A stretch of DNA of 64,000 nucleotides from Guillardia theta CCMP2712 (GCF_000315625.1 NW_005434667.1:405160-469159), one strand, 5' to 3'; positions 8,192 to 17,815 are shown, numbered from the stretch's first letter. Translations and numbers: made by a program. Notes: generated by a model from the letters alone, not told the origin.

Positions 8192-8722
8192 ATGGCCCCT
8201 ACCACCATCAACACCGTTATCTCCATCATCTCCTCCGACTTCCAGGACGTCATCGACAAGAAGGAGCTCATCCAGGTCCTCAAGACCAAGCAGGCCGAGA
8301 TCAAGAAGGAGGCAAAGAACGCCAGAGCCGACAGGCCGCCTACTGCCTACAACGTCTACATGTGGGAGAAGATGAAGTCCGAGGATCTAGCCAACCTCAA
8401 GCCCAAGGAGAGGATGTCCGTCATCTCCAAGCAATGGAAGGATGATGCCGAGCAGTACAAGGCCGACAAGGCGTGGTATGATCGTGCCTCGGAGGAGATG
8501 AGACAGGAGAAGGAGGCAAAGCAGACAGAAGGCAAGGACACATCCAAGAAGGCTGAGAAGGAAGCCAAGAAGGCCACCAAGGAGGCCGAGAAGGAAGCCA
8601 AGAAGGCCATCAAGGAGGCTGAGAAGGAGGCCAAGAAGGCCGCTAAAGAGGCTGAGAAGGAGGCAAAGAAGGCCGCCAAAGAGGCCGAGAAGGAGGCCAA
8701 GAAGGCCGCTAAGACTAAATAG
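8192..8722 (+). CDS. HMG-box-like + E/K/A repeat protein, paralog 2
   Basis: N-terminal ~107 aa nearly identical to paralog 1. Confidence 0.8.
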   Translation: MAPTTINTVISIISSDFQDVIDKKELIQVLKTKQAEIKKEAKNARADRPPTAYNVYMWEKMKSEDLANLKPKERMSVISKQWKDDAEQYKADKAWYDRASEEMRQEKEAKQTEGKDTSKKAEKEAKKATKEAEKEAKKAIKEAEKEAKKAAKEAEKEAKKAAKEAEKEAKKAAKTK

Positions 8723-8936
8723 AGTGTGAACTCATACACTCGGGCATATAAAGGAAGATAATCCTTTTTATGCTTTCATCATATTTCCTTTCATGATACT
8801 AAATGTATTTGTAGCAATCTGTTCCATCTCAAAGCAAAAGTGATCACGGTCGTTTAGTCTTCTCTCAACCAAACACCTACACGACCAACCCGCAACACCC
8901 GCTCTACCAACACCAACACCAACAGACAGATACACA

Positions 8937-9512
8937 ATGGCCCCTACCACCATCAACACCGTCATCTCCATCATCTCCTCCGACTTCCAGGACGTCATCG
9001 ACAAGAAGGAGCTCATCCAGGTCCTCAAGACCAAGCAGGCCGAGATCAAGAAGGAGGCAAAGAACGCCAGAGCCGACAGGCCGCCCACAGCCTACAACGT
9101 CTACATGTGGGAGAAGATGAAGTCCGAGGATCTCGCCAACCTCAAGCCCAAAGAGAGGATGTCCGTCATCTCCAAGCAATGGAAGGATGATGCCGAGCAG
9201 TACAAGGCCGACAAGGCGTGGTATGACCGTGCCTCGGAGGAGATGAGACAGGAGAAGGAGGCGAAGAAGACACAAGGCAAGGACGCATCCAAGGAGGCTG
9301 AGAAGACAGAAAGCAAGGAGATCGAGAAGGAAGCCAAGGAGATCGAGAAGGAAGCCAAGAAGGCCGCCAAGGAGGCAGAGAAGGAGGCTAAGAAGACCGC
9401 CAAAGAGGCTGAGAAGGAGGCTAAGAAGGCCGCCAAAGAGGCCGAGAAAGAAGCGAAGAAGGCCGCCAAGGAGGCTGAGAAGGCTGCTAAGAAGGCCGCT
9501 AAGACAAAATAG
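8937..9512 (+). CDS. HMG-box-like + E/K/A repeat protein, paralog 3
   Basis: Same as paralogs 1 and 2, with a different tail composition. Confidence 0.8.
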   Translation: MAPTTINTVISIISSDFQDVIDKKELIQVLKTKQAEIKKEAKNARADRPPTAYNVYMWEKMKSEDLANLKPKERMSVISKQWKDDAEQYKADKAWYDRASEEMRQEKEAKKTQGKDASKEAEKTESKEIEKEAKEIEKEAKKAAKEAEKEAKKTAKEAEKEAKKAAKEAEKEAKKAAKEAEKAAKKAAKTK

Positions 9513-9644
9513 AGTGTGAACTCATACACTCTGGCATATAAGGGAAGATAATCCTTTTTATGCTTTCATGAGTGTTGTCATTTATAATTGTACACATCTA
9601 AGGATGTATGTAAAATAAAAAATAGTGTGTATAGTTGATAATAA

Positions 9645-10781
9645 CTAAATGATGTCATAGTAGGTTTTACATTCTTCACAATCCATGACAAACCTTTCAT
9701 GTAAACACATCATGGGTTGAGAGCTAGCTTGAACATTGCTTTTATTCTGATTTTTTATTTCGATACAATCCTTGCAAGCAGAACGTCTTCTATTGTGTTC
9801 ACATATAGCTCCACCGCCACACTCCTTACATCTAGTCCTAAGCCTATCATGTTGACATAAGGAGCCACCACCGCAATCTTTACAAACTACCCTTCGTTTA
9901 TTATGCTGGCATATTCCCGCACCACCACAATCCTTGCATTCATATCTATATCTGCCATGTTCGCAAACACAACTGCCACCACAATCTTTACATCTGTTGA
10001 ACCGTTTGTTGTGTGGACATATATATGTGCCATGACATTCGCTACATAGATTCTTTTGTTTGTTGTGTGGACATATTCCAGAGCCACCACATTCCCGGCA
10101 AAGAGTCCTGATCATTTTGTGTTGACAGATAGATCCACCACCACAATCCTTGCATCTGTTCTTGATTATGTTGTGAACACATATTCCACTGCCACCACAA
10201 TCCTTACATGTGCGCTTCATCCTTTTATGAATACATATCTCGCTGCCACCACAATCCTTGCATCTGCTCCTGATCCTGTTGTGCTGGCATATTGAGCTGC
10301 CACCACATTCCTTACATTTAGCTTTTGCTTTATTATGTTGGCATATTCCTTTGCCGCCACATTCCTTGCAGATGTGCCTGACTTTGTTGTGAATGCATAT
10401 TGAACTGCCACCACATTCCTTGCATCTATTCTTGATCCTGTTGTGCGGACATATTGCGCTGCCACCACAATCCTTGCATCTGCTCTTGATCCTTTTGTGA
10501 ACACATAGCCCACTGCCACCACAATCCTTACACACATTCTTGATTCTATTGTGAACACATATTGCGCTGCCACCACATTCCTTACAGATGGTGTTGATCC
10601 TGTTGTGCTGACATATTGCGCTGCCACCACAATCCTTGCATCTGTTCTTCACTCTATTGTGAACACATAGCCCACTGCCACCACATTCCTTGCATACAAA
10701 TTTCTGTCTCTTGTGTGGACATATAGCAACACCATCACAGTCCTTACACTTATGCTTATTCCTATTATGAATACACCTCAT
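9645..10781 (-). CDS. Tandem zinc-finger-like repeat protein: 19 units of 18-aa C-x-H-x6-C-x2-C-GG plus one degenerate unit
   Basis: Repeats counted in the translation; AAAAAATGA ~39 nt upstream. Confidence 0.85.
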   Translation of the reverse strand: MRCIHNRNKHKCKDCDGVAICPHKRQKFVCKECGGSGLCVHNRVKNRCKDCGGSAICQHNRINTICKECGGSAICVHNRIKNVCKDCGGSGLCVHKRIKSRCKDCGGSAICPHNRIKNRCKECGGSSICIHNKVRHICKECGGKGICQHNKAKAKCKECGGSSICQHNRIRSRCKDCGGSEICIHKRMKRTCKDCGGSGICVHNIIKNRCKDCGGGSICQHKMIRTLCRECGGSGICPHNKQKNLCSECHGTYICPHNKRFNRCKDCGGSCVCEHGRYRYECKDCGGAGICQHNKRRVVCKDCGGGSLCQHDRLRTRCKECGGGAICEHNRRRSACKDCIEIKNQNKSNVQASSQPMMCLHERFVMDCEECKTYYDII

Positions 10782-10865
10782 GTTTTGTTTCTAGTAAGAT
10801 GATGGTTCTATTTCTAAAGTCATTTTTTAGAACAATAAAAATATACCTAAAATACATGCTTTTTT

Positions 10866-11354
10866 TCATTGAGAGATATGTTTGTAGAACATAGATGCCG
10901 AAATAGAATCTGGTGGAATGTAGTGATATAATATGAAATTGAAGAAGCCTGAATAATTTATATTTCGAGCATCATCCCATATGATGCGATCGTTGAAGAT
11001 GATCTCAAAAGTGAATATATCTGCGTCTTGTTTTATAGATCTCCATACACTCTTTGTCTCTTCAGAAGAATGTAGAAAGAATGTAACATATACCTTGTTT
11101 GTTACACCAGATGGTTCATTTGGTTTGGAAGTTATATCTTCTATATCTAGATTCATGCTCTTACAGATCTCTTTCATAATCAAACAGCATCTATCAAGGG
11201 TCTTGAACGCATCCGTCCATTCTTTCAATTCTGGATAGAGTGGAACAAGATCTCTTGTTATCCGTTCATACTCAATACAGTTTTTTTGATATTCTTGATA
11301 GAATGACAGTATATTCAGAACAGGCAGAGACATTGTTTGTTGTGTCATGCTCAT
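10866..11354 (-). CDS. Viral hypothetical protein
   Basis: 162-aa ATG ORF with AAAAAATGA just upstream; no recognised domain. Confidence 0.6.
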   Translation of the reverse strand: MSMTQQTMSLPVLNILSFYQEYQKNCIEYERITRDLVPLYPELKEWTDAFKTLDRCCLIMKEICKSMNLDIEDITSKPNEPSGVTNKVYVTFFLHSSEETKSVWRSIKQDADIFTFEIIFNDRIIWDDARNINYSGFFNFILYHYIPPDSISASMFYKHISQ

Positions 11355-11404
11355 AGTCTAGCATATAATCATTTTTTACTTAGAATGATGATAACATCAT
11401 GTCC

Positions 11405-12043
11405 TTATATCATCTCATCATTGAAGAATTGTTGAATGCTCTTACATTCCTTGCAACGATATTTCATTCGGTTGTGCGGACAGATGGAATTGCCGCCACA
11501 ATCCTTGCAACGACATTTTATTCGATCGTGTTTACACAATGACGCTCCACCACAGTCTTTACATATGCTCCTTACTTTATTGTGTGAACATATGGATCCA
11601 CCACCGCAGATCTTGCATGTGCTCCTTATTCGATTGTGTTGGCATATAGATCCGCCACCACATGCCTTGCATGTGCTCCGTCGTCTATTGTGTTGACATA
11701 TTGATGATCCACCGCACTCTTTGCATCTTGATCTGAGCTTGTTGTGTTCACATATTGATGATCCATGGCACTCCTTACATACACTTCTACGCCTCTTGTG
11801 TTTGCAGATAGATGATCCTCCACAATCCTTGCATCTATTGATTATGCGTTTGTGAGGACACAATGATTTACCCCCACAATCCCTACAATATTTTTTATTT
11901 CGCTTGTGCTTGCATAAATATTTTATCTGGCACTCTTCACACTTGTTCTTTATATGATTGTGATGGCAGAGTAAGAACGATTGGCACTCGTGACATTTCT
12001 CTTTATGTCTATTGTGTGGACACATCAACATGTGAACATTCAT
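11405..12043 (-). CDS. Tandem zinc-finger-like repeat protein: 11 units of C-x-H-x6-C-x2-C
   Basis: Same repeat unit as 9645..10781. Confidence 0.85.
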   Translation of the reverse strand: MNVHMLMCPHNRHKEKCHECQSFLLCHHNHIKNKCEECQIKYLCKHKRNKKYCRDCGGKSLCPHKRIINRCKDCGGSSICKHKRRRSVCKECHGSSICEHNKLRSRCKECGGSSICQHNRRRSTCKACGGGSICQHNRIRSTCKICGGGSICSHNKVRSICKDCGGASLCKHDRIKCRCKDCGGNSICPHNRMKYRCKECKSIQQFFNDEMI

Positions 12044-12258
12044 TGCTAAACAAGACCTAGAGCAGCTATTTTAGAGATGTATCAATAAAGATAATGAACA
12101 TAACTTTTATGTATTTTTGTACAACCTTCAATGTATTTGTAGCAATCTGTTCTATCTCAAAGCAAAAGTGATCACGGTCGTTTAGTCTTCCCTCAACCAA
12201 ACACCTACACAACCAACCCGCAACACCCGCTCTACCAACACCAACAGACAGATACGCA

Positions 12259-12768
12259 ATGGCCCCTACCACCATCAACACCGTTATCTCCATCATCACC
12301 TCCGACTTCCAGGATGTGATCGACAAGAAGGAGCTCATCCAGGTTCTCAAGACCAAGCAGGCCGAGATCAAGAAGGAGGCAAAGAACGCCAGAGCCGACA
12401 GGCCGCCCACTGCCTACAACGTCTACATGTGGGAGAAGATGAAGTCCAATGATCTCGCCAACCTCAAGCCCAAGGAGAGGATGTCTGTCATCTCCAAGCA
12501 ATGGAAGGATGATGCCGAGCAGTACAAGGCCGACAAGGCGTGGTATGATCGCGCCTCGGAGGAGATGAGACAGGAGAAGGAGGCGAAGAAGACACAAGGC
12601 AAGGACACATCCAAGGCGGAAGCCAAGGAGGTCGAGAAGGAGGCTAAGAAGGCCGCCAAGGAGGCTGAGAAGGAGGCTAAGAAGGCCGCCAAGGAGGCTG
12701 AGAAGGAGGCTAAGAAGGCCGCCAAGGAGGCCGAGAAGCAGGCCAAGAAGGCCGCTAAGACAAAATAG
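12259..12768 (+). CDS. HMG-box-like + E/K/A repeat protein, paralog 4
   Basis: Near-identical N-terminus, leader and 3' hairpins. Confidence 0.8.
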   Translation: MAPTTINTVISIITSDFQDVIDKKELIQVLKTKQAEIKKEAKNARADRPPTAYNVYMWEKMKSNDLANLKPKERMSVISKQWKDDAEQYKADKAWYDRASEEMRQEKEAKKTQGKDTSKAEAKEVEKEAKKAAKEAEKEAKKAAKEAEKEAKKAAKEAEKQAKKAAKTK

Positions 12769-12978
12769 AGTGTGAACTCAAACACTCGGGCATATGAAGG
12801 AAGATAATCCTTTTTATGCTTTTGTCTTACAATTCCTTGAATGATATCAAATGTATTTGTAGCAATCTGTTCTATCTCAAAGCAAAAGTGATCACGTTCG
12901 TTTAGTCTTCCCTCAACCAAACACCTACACAACCAACCCGCAACACCCGCTCTACCAACACCAACAGACAGATACACA

Positions 12979-13581
12979 ATGGCCCCTACCACCATCAGCA
13001 CCGTTATCTCCATCATCTCCTCCGACTTCCAGGACGTCATCGACAAGAAGGAGCTCATCCAGGTCCTCAAGACCAAGCAGGCCGAGATCAAGATGGAGGC
13101 AAAGAACGCCAGAGCCGACAGGCCGCCCACTGCCTACAACGTCTACATGTGGGAGAAGATGAAGTCCGAGGATCTCGCCAACCTCAAGCCCAAGGAGAGG
13201 ATGTCCATCATCTCCAAGCAATGGAAGGATGATGCCGAGCAGTACAAGGCCGACAAGGCGTGGTATGATCGCGCCTCGGAGGAGATGAGACAGGAGAAGG
13301 AGGCGAAGAAGACAGAAGACAAGGACACATCCAAGGAGGCAGAGAAGGAGGCTAAGAAGGCTGAGAAAGAGGCTGAGAAGGAGGCTAAGAAGGCCGAGAA
13401 AGAGGCTGAGAAGGAGGCTAAGAAGGCTGAGAAGCAGGCTGCCAAGGAGGCTGAGAAGGAGGCTAAGAAGGCCGAGAAAGAGGCTGAGAAGGAGGCTAAG
13501 AAGGAAGCAAAGAAGGCCGCTAAGGAGGCCGAGAAGGAGGCTAAGAAGGCCGAGAAGAAGGCCGCTAAAAACAATAAGTAA
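12979..13581 (+). CDS. HMG-box-like + E/K/A repeat protein, paralog 5
   Basis: Near-identical N-terminus; longest tail. Confidence 0.8.
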   Translation: MAPTTISTVISIISSDFQDVIDKKELIQVLKTKQAEIKMEAKNARADRPPTAYNVYMWEKMKSEDLANLKPKERMSIISKQWKDDAEQYKADKAWYDRASEEMRQEKEAKKTEDKDTSKEAEKEAKKAEKEAEKEAKKAEKEAEKEAKKAEKQAAKEAEKEAKKAEKEAEKEAKKEAKKAAKEAEKEAKKAEKKAAKNNK

Positions 13582-13690
13582 TATTATAAAACATTGGCAT
13601 AGACAAGGAGAGTATGATCTTCTTTTTATGCCTTCACAACAAGAATGAAAAAAAACACACTTATATTCTTCAATTTGTAATTGATGCTAT

Positions 13691-14125
13691 TTATGAAGAC
13701 AGAGTTTCATTCTCAACATGTTCCATAAATTCTTGAACATTATTCTCTCTGTCTAATTCTTCAATGAGTTGTATTGTATTGATATTGTTGTGTTTCTCTT
13801 CATATGTATTCCAAAACTCCAATAGCCTTTTCTTGAGCGGTGTTGGCGTGCGATTCGGCAATACGGAATATTTGTGTTGGATTGACCAACGACTTATATT
13901 GAAGAATCTACAACATTGTGTGAGTTGTTTTTTTGATACATTATAGATGTTAGAGATATCTGACTTCTTCATGTCCATCATAGCTATAAGCGTATCCTTT
14001 GTTATTGGAATGTCAATATAGTCTTTTGATCGCAAAACATAACATCTTGGAGAAGGAATTACATCTCTCATATTTGTATGAGACAATGATGATATGTTCT
14101 TATGTTGGTTCAATGCTTTGTCCAT
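13691..14125 (-). CDS. Divergent RWP-RK-domain-like protein
   Basis: ITKDTLIAMMDMKKSDISNIYNVSKKQLTQCCRFFNISRWS follows RWP-RK spacing (L...F.LP...AA..LGV..T.LK..CR..GI.RWP). Intronless, with CAAAATGA upstream. Confidence 0.6.
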   Translation of the reverse strand: MDKALNQHKNISSLSHTNMRDVIPSPRCYVLRSKDYIDIPITKDTLIAMMDMKKSDISNIYNVSKKQLTQCCRFFNISRWSIQHKYSVLPNRTPTPLKKRLLEFWNTYEEKHNNINTIQLIEELDRENNVQEFMEHVENETLSS

Positions 14126-14227
14126 TGTTGTATGGTGAAAATCTGAAAATCAATCATCATTTTGATTCACATCTTGCCTATGGCATAAGTGATATAAATA
14201 TTTTTTTGATAAGAGAATTCAAGAATT

Positions 14228-14761
14228 ATGGTAAGATATTATTGTCTGTATTGTGGATACAACACGCCACGCCATTATAGCTTCAAGCGCCATTATAAGC
14301 GAAAGACGCAATGTGTGGAGATCTTATGGAACAAACCGAATCCAACCGGGATTGTGAATGAATTTGGCAAGGAAACTATCTTACACATATCTGAGATATT
14401 CTTCACAAGATGTGTCAACAACTATGCGAAAGGATTCAGAGATCTCTTCACCAAGATACACTTTGACAATCCTGCCAACAACAACATTCGCGCTGGCACT
14501 ATTGATAGTGATCACATTGAGATCTTGAGGGATGGCCAATGGAGATCATGCCATGAGAAGGATGTGTTTGCAGATATTATATCACGATACAGGTCAATGC
14601 TCCTAGATTTCTATCGAAACAATGAGAACATGCAAAAGATAGACCATGATAGAGAGAAATATGAATACATCTCAAGCATTGAATACAATACACAAGAGTG
14701 TAGCATCATAGAAAAGTTGCTCTCTCATGTCATGAAGCAATCAACACAATCATCTAACTAA
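14228..14761 (+). CDS. C2H2 zinc-finger NCLDV protein (MIGE-like family)
   Basis: YYCLYCGY..FKRHYKRKTQC, then NEFGKE and KIHFDNPANNNI, a motif set typical of multicopy Mimiviridae zinc-finger ORFs. Confidence 0.6.
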   Translation: MVRYYCLYCGYNTPRHYSFKRHYKRKTQCVEILWNKPNPTGIVNEFGKETILHISEIFFTRCVNNYAKGFRDLFTKIHFDNPANNNIRAGTIDSDHIEILRDGQWRSCHEKDVFADIISRYRSMLLDFYRNNENMQKIDHDREKYEYISSIEYNTQECSIIEKLLSHVMKQSTQSSN

Positions 14762-14795
14762 GAATAAAAATAATAGAGATATGTCTCATAGCATT

Positions 14796-15773
14796 TCAGA
14801 AGATTCTTTGCTTCTTCCGTGCCATCTTATATGTATCATTTTCTTTCTCGAGACTTTCATTGTCCTCTGCCAACAAACGGACATGATTCTCCAATCCTCT
14901 TGTCTTTAGAAGCAGATCAGAGTTTTTCTTATCGAGTTCTTTCATGGCCTTTACCTTCTCATCAAATTGCTGGTTGAGTGATTCATTTGTTTTAGAGATC
15001 TGTGTGTATTTTATATCAAGATTGTGTATCTTTGCTATCAATCGCATGCGCTCTTTGTTTAGATCATGTAGACTCTTCTTGAGCTTATCATTTTCTTCAA
15101 CCATGCGAGCATTTGTTTCTTCAATCCGCTTTGAGTTCTCAAGTCTGTTGAAAAGAGATTGATTCTCATATGATACCGCTAACAATCTGTTGTTGGCTTC
15201 AGTGCTGTTCACTCTTAGTTGTGCACACTCCATGCGCAAACCTGTTATATCCTGCTTGAGCTTCTTATTCTCTTCCAATGTTTTCTTGAGCTTCTTATTC
15301 TCTTCCATCATAGTCATATTTTTTTCATGGAGTTGCTTTATGATGTTGTCCTTTTGATAGAGTTCATTTGATGTCCTTTTATTGCATAGGTATTTGTTAG
15401 ATGGCACCTGTGATTGTGTGAACTCTTCCAATGTCTTCTTCAGCTTTTTGTTCTCTTCAAGGATCTTGGCATTCTCAAGCTCCATTCCTTGTGTCCTCTC
15501 ATTCAATTCTCTTATATGCTCTTGCGATTTAGATGCTGCAGTGTTTGGTTGATCCTCATTGCTTTCTTGTTGCGATGCCAAAAGACGGTTCGACAGATTT
15601 GCGTTCAATATACAGACATTGTACAACTTGTTGTTGAACATGTTCCTTTCATTCTGTAATCTTGTTATCTCTTTCTTGAGCTCGTTGATATCTTCATCCT
15701 TGTTCTTGTTATACAGGTCAAACATCTTGACCTTCTCCTTCAGAATCATTATCTCATCACTTTGAGTGTCCAT
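14796..15773 (-). CDS. Coiled-coil viral hypothetical protein
   Basis: 325 aa, repeated EENKKLKKTL, basic NLS-like C-terminus RKKQRIF; TAAAAATGA ~35 nt upstream. Confidence 0.7.
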   Translation of the reverse strand: MDTQSDEIMILKEKVKMFDLYNKNKDEDINELKKEITRLQNERNMFNNKLYNVCILNANLSNRLLASQQESNEDQPNTAASKSQEHIRELNERTQGMELENAKILEENKKLKKTLEEFTQSQVPSNKYLCNKRTSNELYQKDNIIKQLHEKNMTMMEENKKLKKTLEENKKLKQDITGLRMECAQLRVNSTEANNRLLAVSYENQSLFNRLENSKRIEETNARMVEENDKLKKSLHDLNKERMRLIAKIHNLDIKYTQISKTNESLNQQFDEKVKAMKELDKKNSDLLLKTRGLENHVRLLAEDNESLEKENDTYKMARKKQRIF

Positions 15774-15897
15774 ATCAGATTGCCTAAACTATAGTGATAT
15801 AGTCCAATCATTTTTATATCCATCTGTATTCTTTTGCTGTCAATGAGCTCTTGAATAAAAATGAATGTGTATTATATATTCAACACAATATCAATCA

Positions 15898-16692
15898 ATG
15901 GATCTGAGAGACCTTATTGAATCCAAGGACTTCTTGGAAGAATCTATAAATGAAACAGACATTGTCATCAAGAGCATCAAGAAGGATGATCTCGTGTACA
16001 TTTTCCGAAACATCAATGACAATGCCACAGAGAAGTTAGAAGATGATCGAGAGCGATGCAAATTCATGATATACAAGCATAGGACCTATACAGACAGGTA
16101 TATAAGGAATGTACATTTGCTGATCAAGAAGCTGTTGGAGCATGACAGATCTCTCTTCAAGGAATTGCCTGAAGAGCACGTGATCCAAATCTTTGTGTAT
16201 CTCAACTATGATGAATCATATCACAATGAGTGTGTCGAATTCATCAAATTGTTCGAGGATGATAAGGATTGGTTGGAAAGATTCATTAGGAAAGATACCT
16301 ATGATCATTGTAAGCTTCCTATATTCGATACACCAGTGGATGTAAATGTGTATCTTCTTGTGAGAGCCATGCAATATGATGCCTTGTTGTATGATATCGA
16401 TCATTGCCATCATATCACTCTGTACAATGCGGATTCAATTCTACAGAGATTGAGGGATCTATCTAAATTGAAGAAGAAGAACACCATCTTCATGAAGCGC
16501 CTGAGGTTGCTTATAAAGATCTTAGACAAATTACAGAAGAGGAGCGAGGTTTGTATGGTAGGCAATCTAGAGCATTATGAACGAGAGATTGAGATATTTG
16601 ACGCGTCAAATCCATCACTCATGAAGAAAAAGAGCGATGGTTTCTTCGATCTGACTTCTATGGTTGACTATGATACCATAAAAAACTTGTAA
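15898..16692 (+). CDS. Viral hypothetical protein
   Basis: ORF 15865..16692. ATG 15898 is preferred because it lies ~34 nt after AAAAATGA (15857-15864). Confidence 0.65.
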   Translation: MDLRDLIESKDFLEESINETDIVIKSIKKDDLVYIFRNINDNATEKLEDDRERCKFMIYKHRTYTDRYIRNVHLLIKKLLEHDRSLFKELPEEHVIQIFVYLNYDESYHNECVEFIKLFEDDKDWLERFIRKDTYDHCKLPIFDTPVDVNVYLLVRAMQYDALLYDIDHCHHITLYNADSILQRLRDLSKLKKKNTIFMKRLRLLIKILDKLQKRSEVCMVGNLEHYEREIEIFDASNPSLMKKKSDGFFDLTSMVDYDTIKNL

Positions 16693-16749
16693 CAAAAAAC
16701 ATATTCATATGTCTTATATTTTATTGTCTGAATTTATGGATGAAACATG

Positions 16750-16902
16750 TCGGGGAGCGCCCCGAACGCGCTTTGACTGAGGTGAGGTTGACATAACATC
16801 TCGGGGAGCGCCCCGAACGCGCTTTGACTGAGGTGAGGTTGACATAACATCTCGGGGAGCGCCCCGAACGCGCTTTGACTGAGGTGAGGTTGACATAACA
16901 TC
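16750..16902 (-). repeat. Three tandem 51-bp units: scaffold 3' end + 17-nt segment + GC hairpin
   Basis: Unit on the minus strand: GATGTTATGT-CAACCTCACCTCAGTCA-AAGCGCGTTCGGGGCGCTCCCCGA. Confidence 0.9.
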
Positions 16903-17072
16903 CTTTGCGGACTCATATCATGTTCCTATGTATTCTTATTCTCATACCTGTGTGCTATGTCGTTGGTATAAATTTTCCTAATATCTCTTTTTTAGGTCCA
17001 GTCTCAGAAATAACATGATTTTGGTGTACATCATAAAAATTATACTAAAGGTTTTTGTAAGGATTTTGCCTG
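16893..17072 (-). repeat. Divergent sixth copy of the structured non-coding element, inverted
   Basis: Minus-strand ATAGGAACATGATATGAGTCCGCAAAGGATGTTATGT aligns with the copy-5 end ATAGGAGCATGATATAAAGTTGTACGAGACATTGTGT. Arms ATCCTT/AAGGAT and ATCATGTT/AACATGAT. Confidence 0.55.
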
Positions 17073-17175
17073 TTCCGGCATAAAAATGAAGGAAGGATGA
17101 AAGCCATACATCAACCAATCGCTACACACACAACCAGTTTATCAAAGACCCAATCCATCTCAAGACCAACAGACA

Positions 17176-17733
17176 ATGTCCACCATGAACTTTCAGTCCA
17201 TCATTGCTCTCATCAATGAGGAGTTTGATGATGCCATCGACAAGAAGCAACTCATCCGTGCCATCAAGACCAAGGAGACTGAATTGAAGAGGGCAGCCAA
17301 GGAGGCAAAGGCAGATAAGCCTCCTTCAGTGTACAATGTGTACATGTGGGAGAAGATGAAGAACCTTGATCTTGGAGACATTGCTCCAAAGGAAAGGATG
17401 TCATACATCTCGAAGATGTGGAAGGAAGAGGCCGATCAATACAAGGCCGATAAGAAGTGGTATAATGCCACATCAGAGAAGATGAGACAGGACAAGATCA
17501 TAAGACAAGCGGACAAGGATGCCAAGAAGGCTGAAAAAGATGCCGAGAGAGAGGCTCAGAAAGAAGCGAAAAAGGCTCAGAAGGAAGCAGAGAAAGATGC
17601 CAAGAAGGCAGATAAGAAGAAGGAGGCTGCGAAGGAACCTGCTGTAGATTCCGAAGCAGAACCTGAAGCAGAACCCGTGAAGAAAGAAGTCAAGAAGGTT
17701 GCCAATCAAGCAGCCAAGAAAACAAAGAAATAA
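17176..17733 (+). CDS. Divergent HMG-box-like + E/K/A tail protein, paralog 6
   Basis: KPPSVYNVYMWEKMK..PKERMSYISKMWKEEADQYKADKKWY; TAAAAATGA and a C/A-rich leader upstream. Confidence 0.8.
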   Translation: MSTMNFQSIIALINEEFDDAIDKKQLIRAIKTKETELKRAAKEAKADKPPSVYNVYMWEKMKNLDLGDIAPKERMSYISKMWKEEADQYKADKKWYNATSEKMRQDKIIRQADKDAKKAEKDAEREAQKEAKKAQKEAEKDAKKADKKKEAAKEPAVDSEAEPEAEPVKKEVKKVANQAAKKTKK

Positions 17734-17815
17734 TCATATCGATGTAAGAGATTATGTGTGATTGTGTATAACTAAAGTAATATTTTATAATTTTTATCAT
17801 TGTTCAGCATTAGAT

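Noticed and set aside
9645-12043. Multiheme cytochrome or DnaJ zinc-finger call for the Cys repeats
   Set aside because: The motif is CxH-x6-CxxC, not repeated CxxCH. There is no signal peptide or J-domain, and spacing differs from DnaJ CxxCxGxG.
7200-13574. Hydrophobic ASFSAFL-type minus-strand ORFs
   Set aside because: Antisense shadows of the GAG/AAG/GCC-rich HMG genes.
16750-16902. CRISPR array
   Set aside because: The three units are identical, with no unique spacers and no cas genes; the ORFs across it are repeat artefacts.
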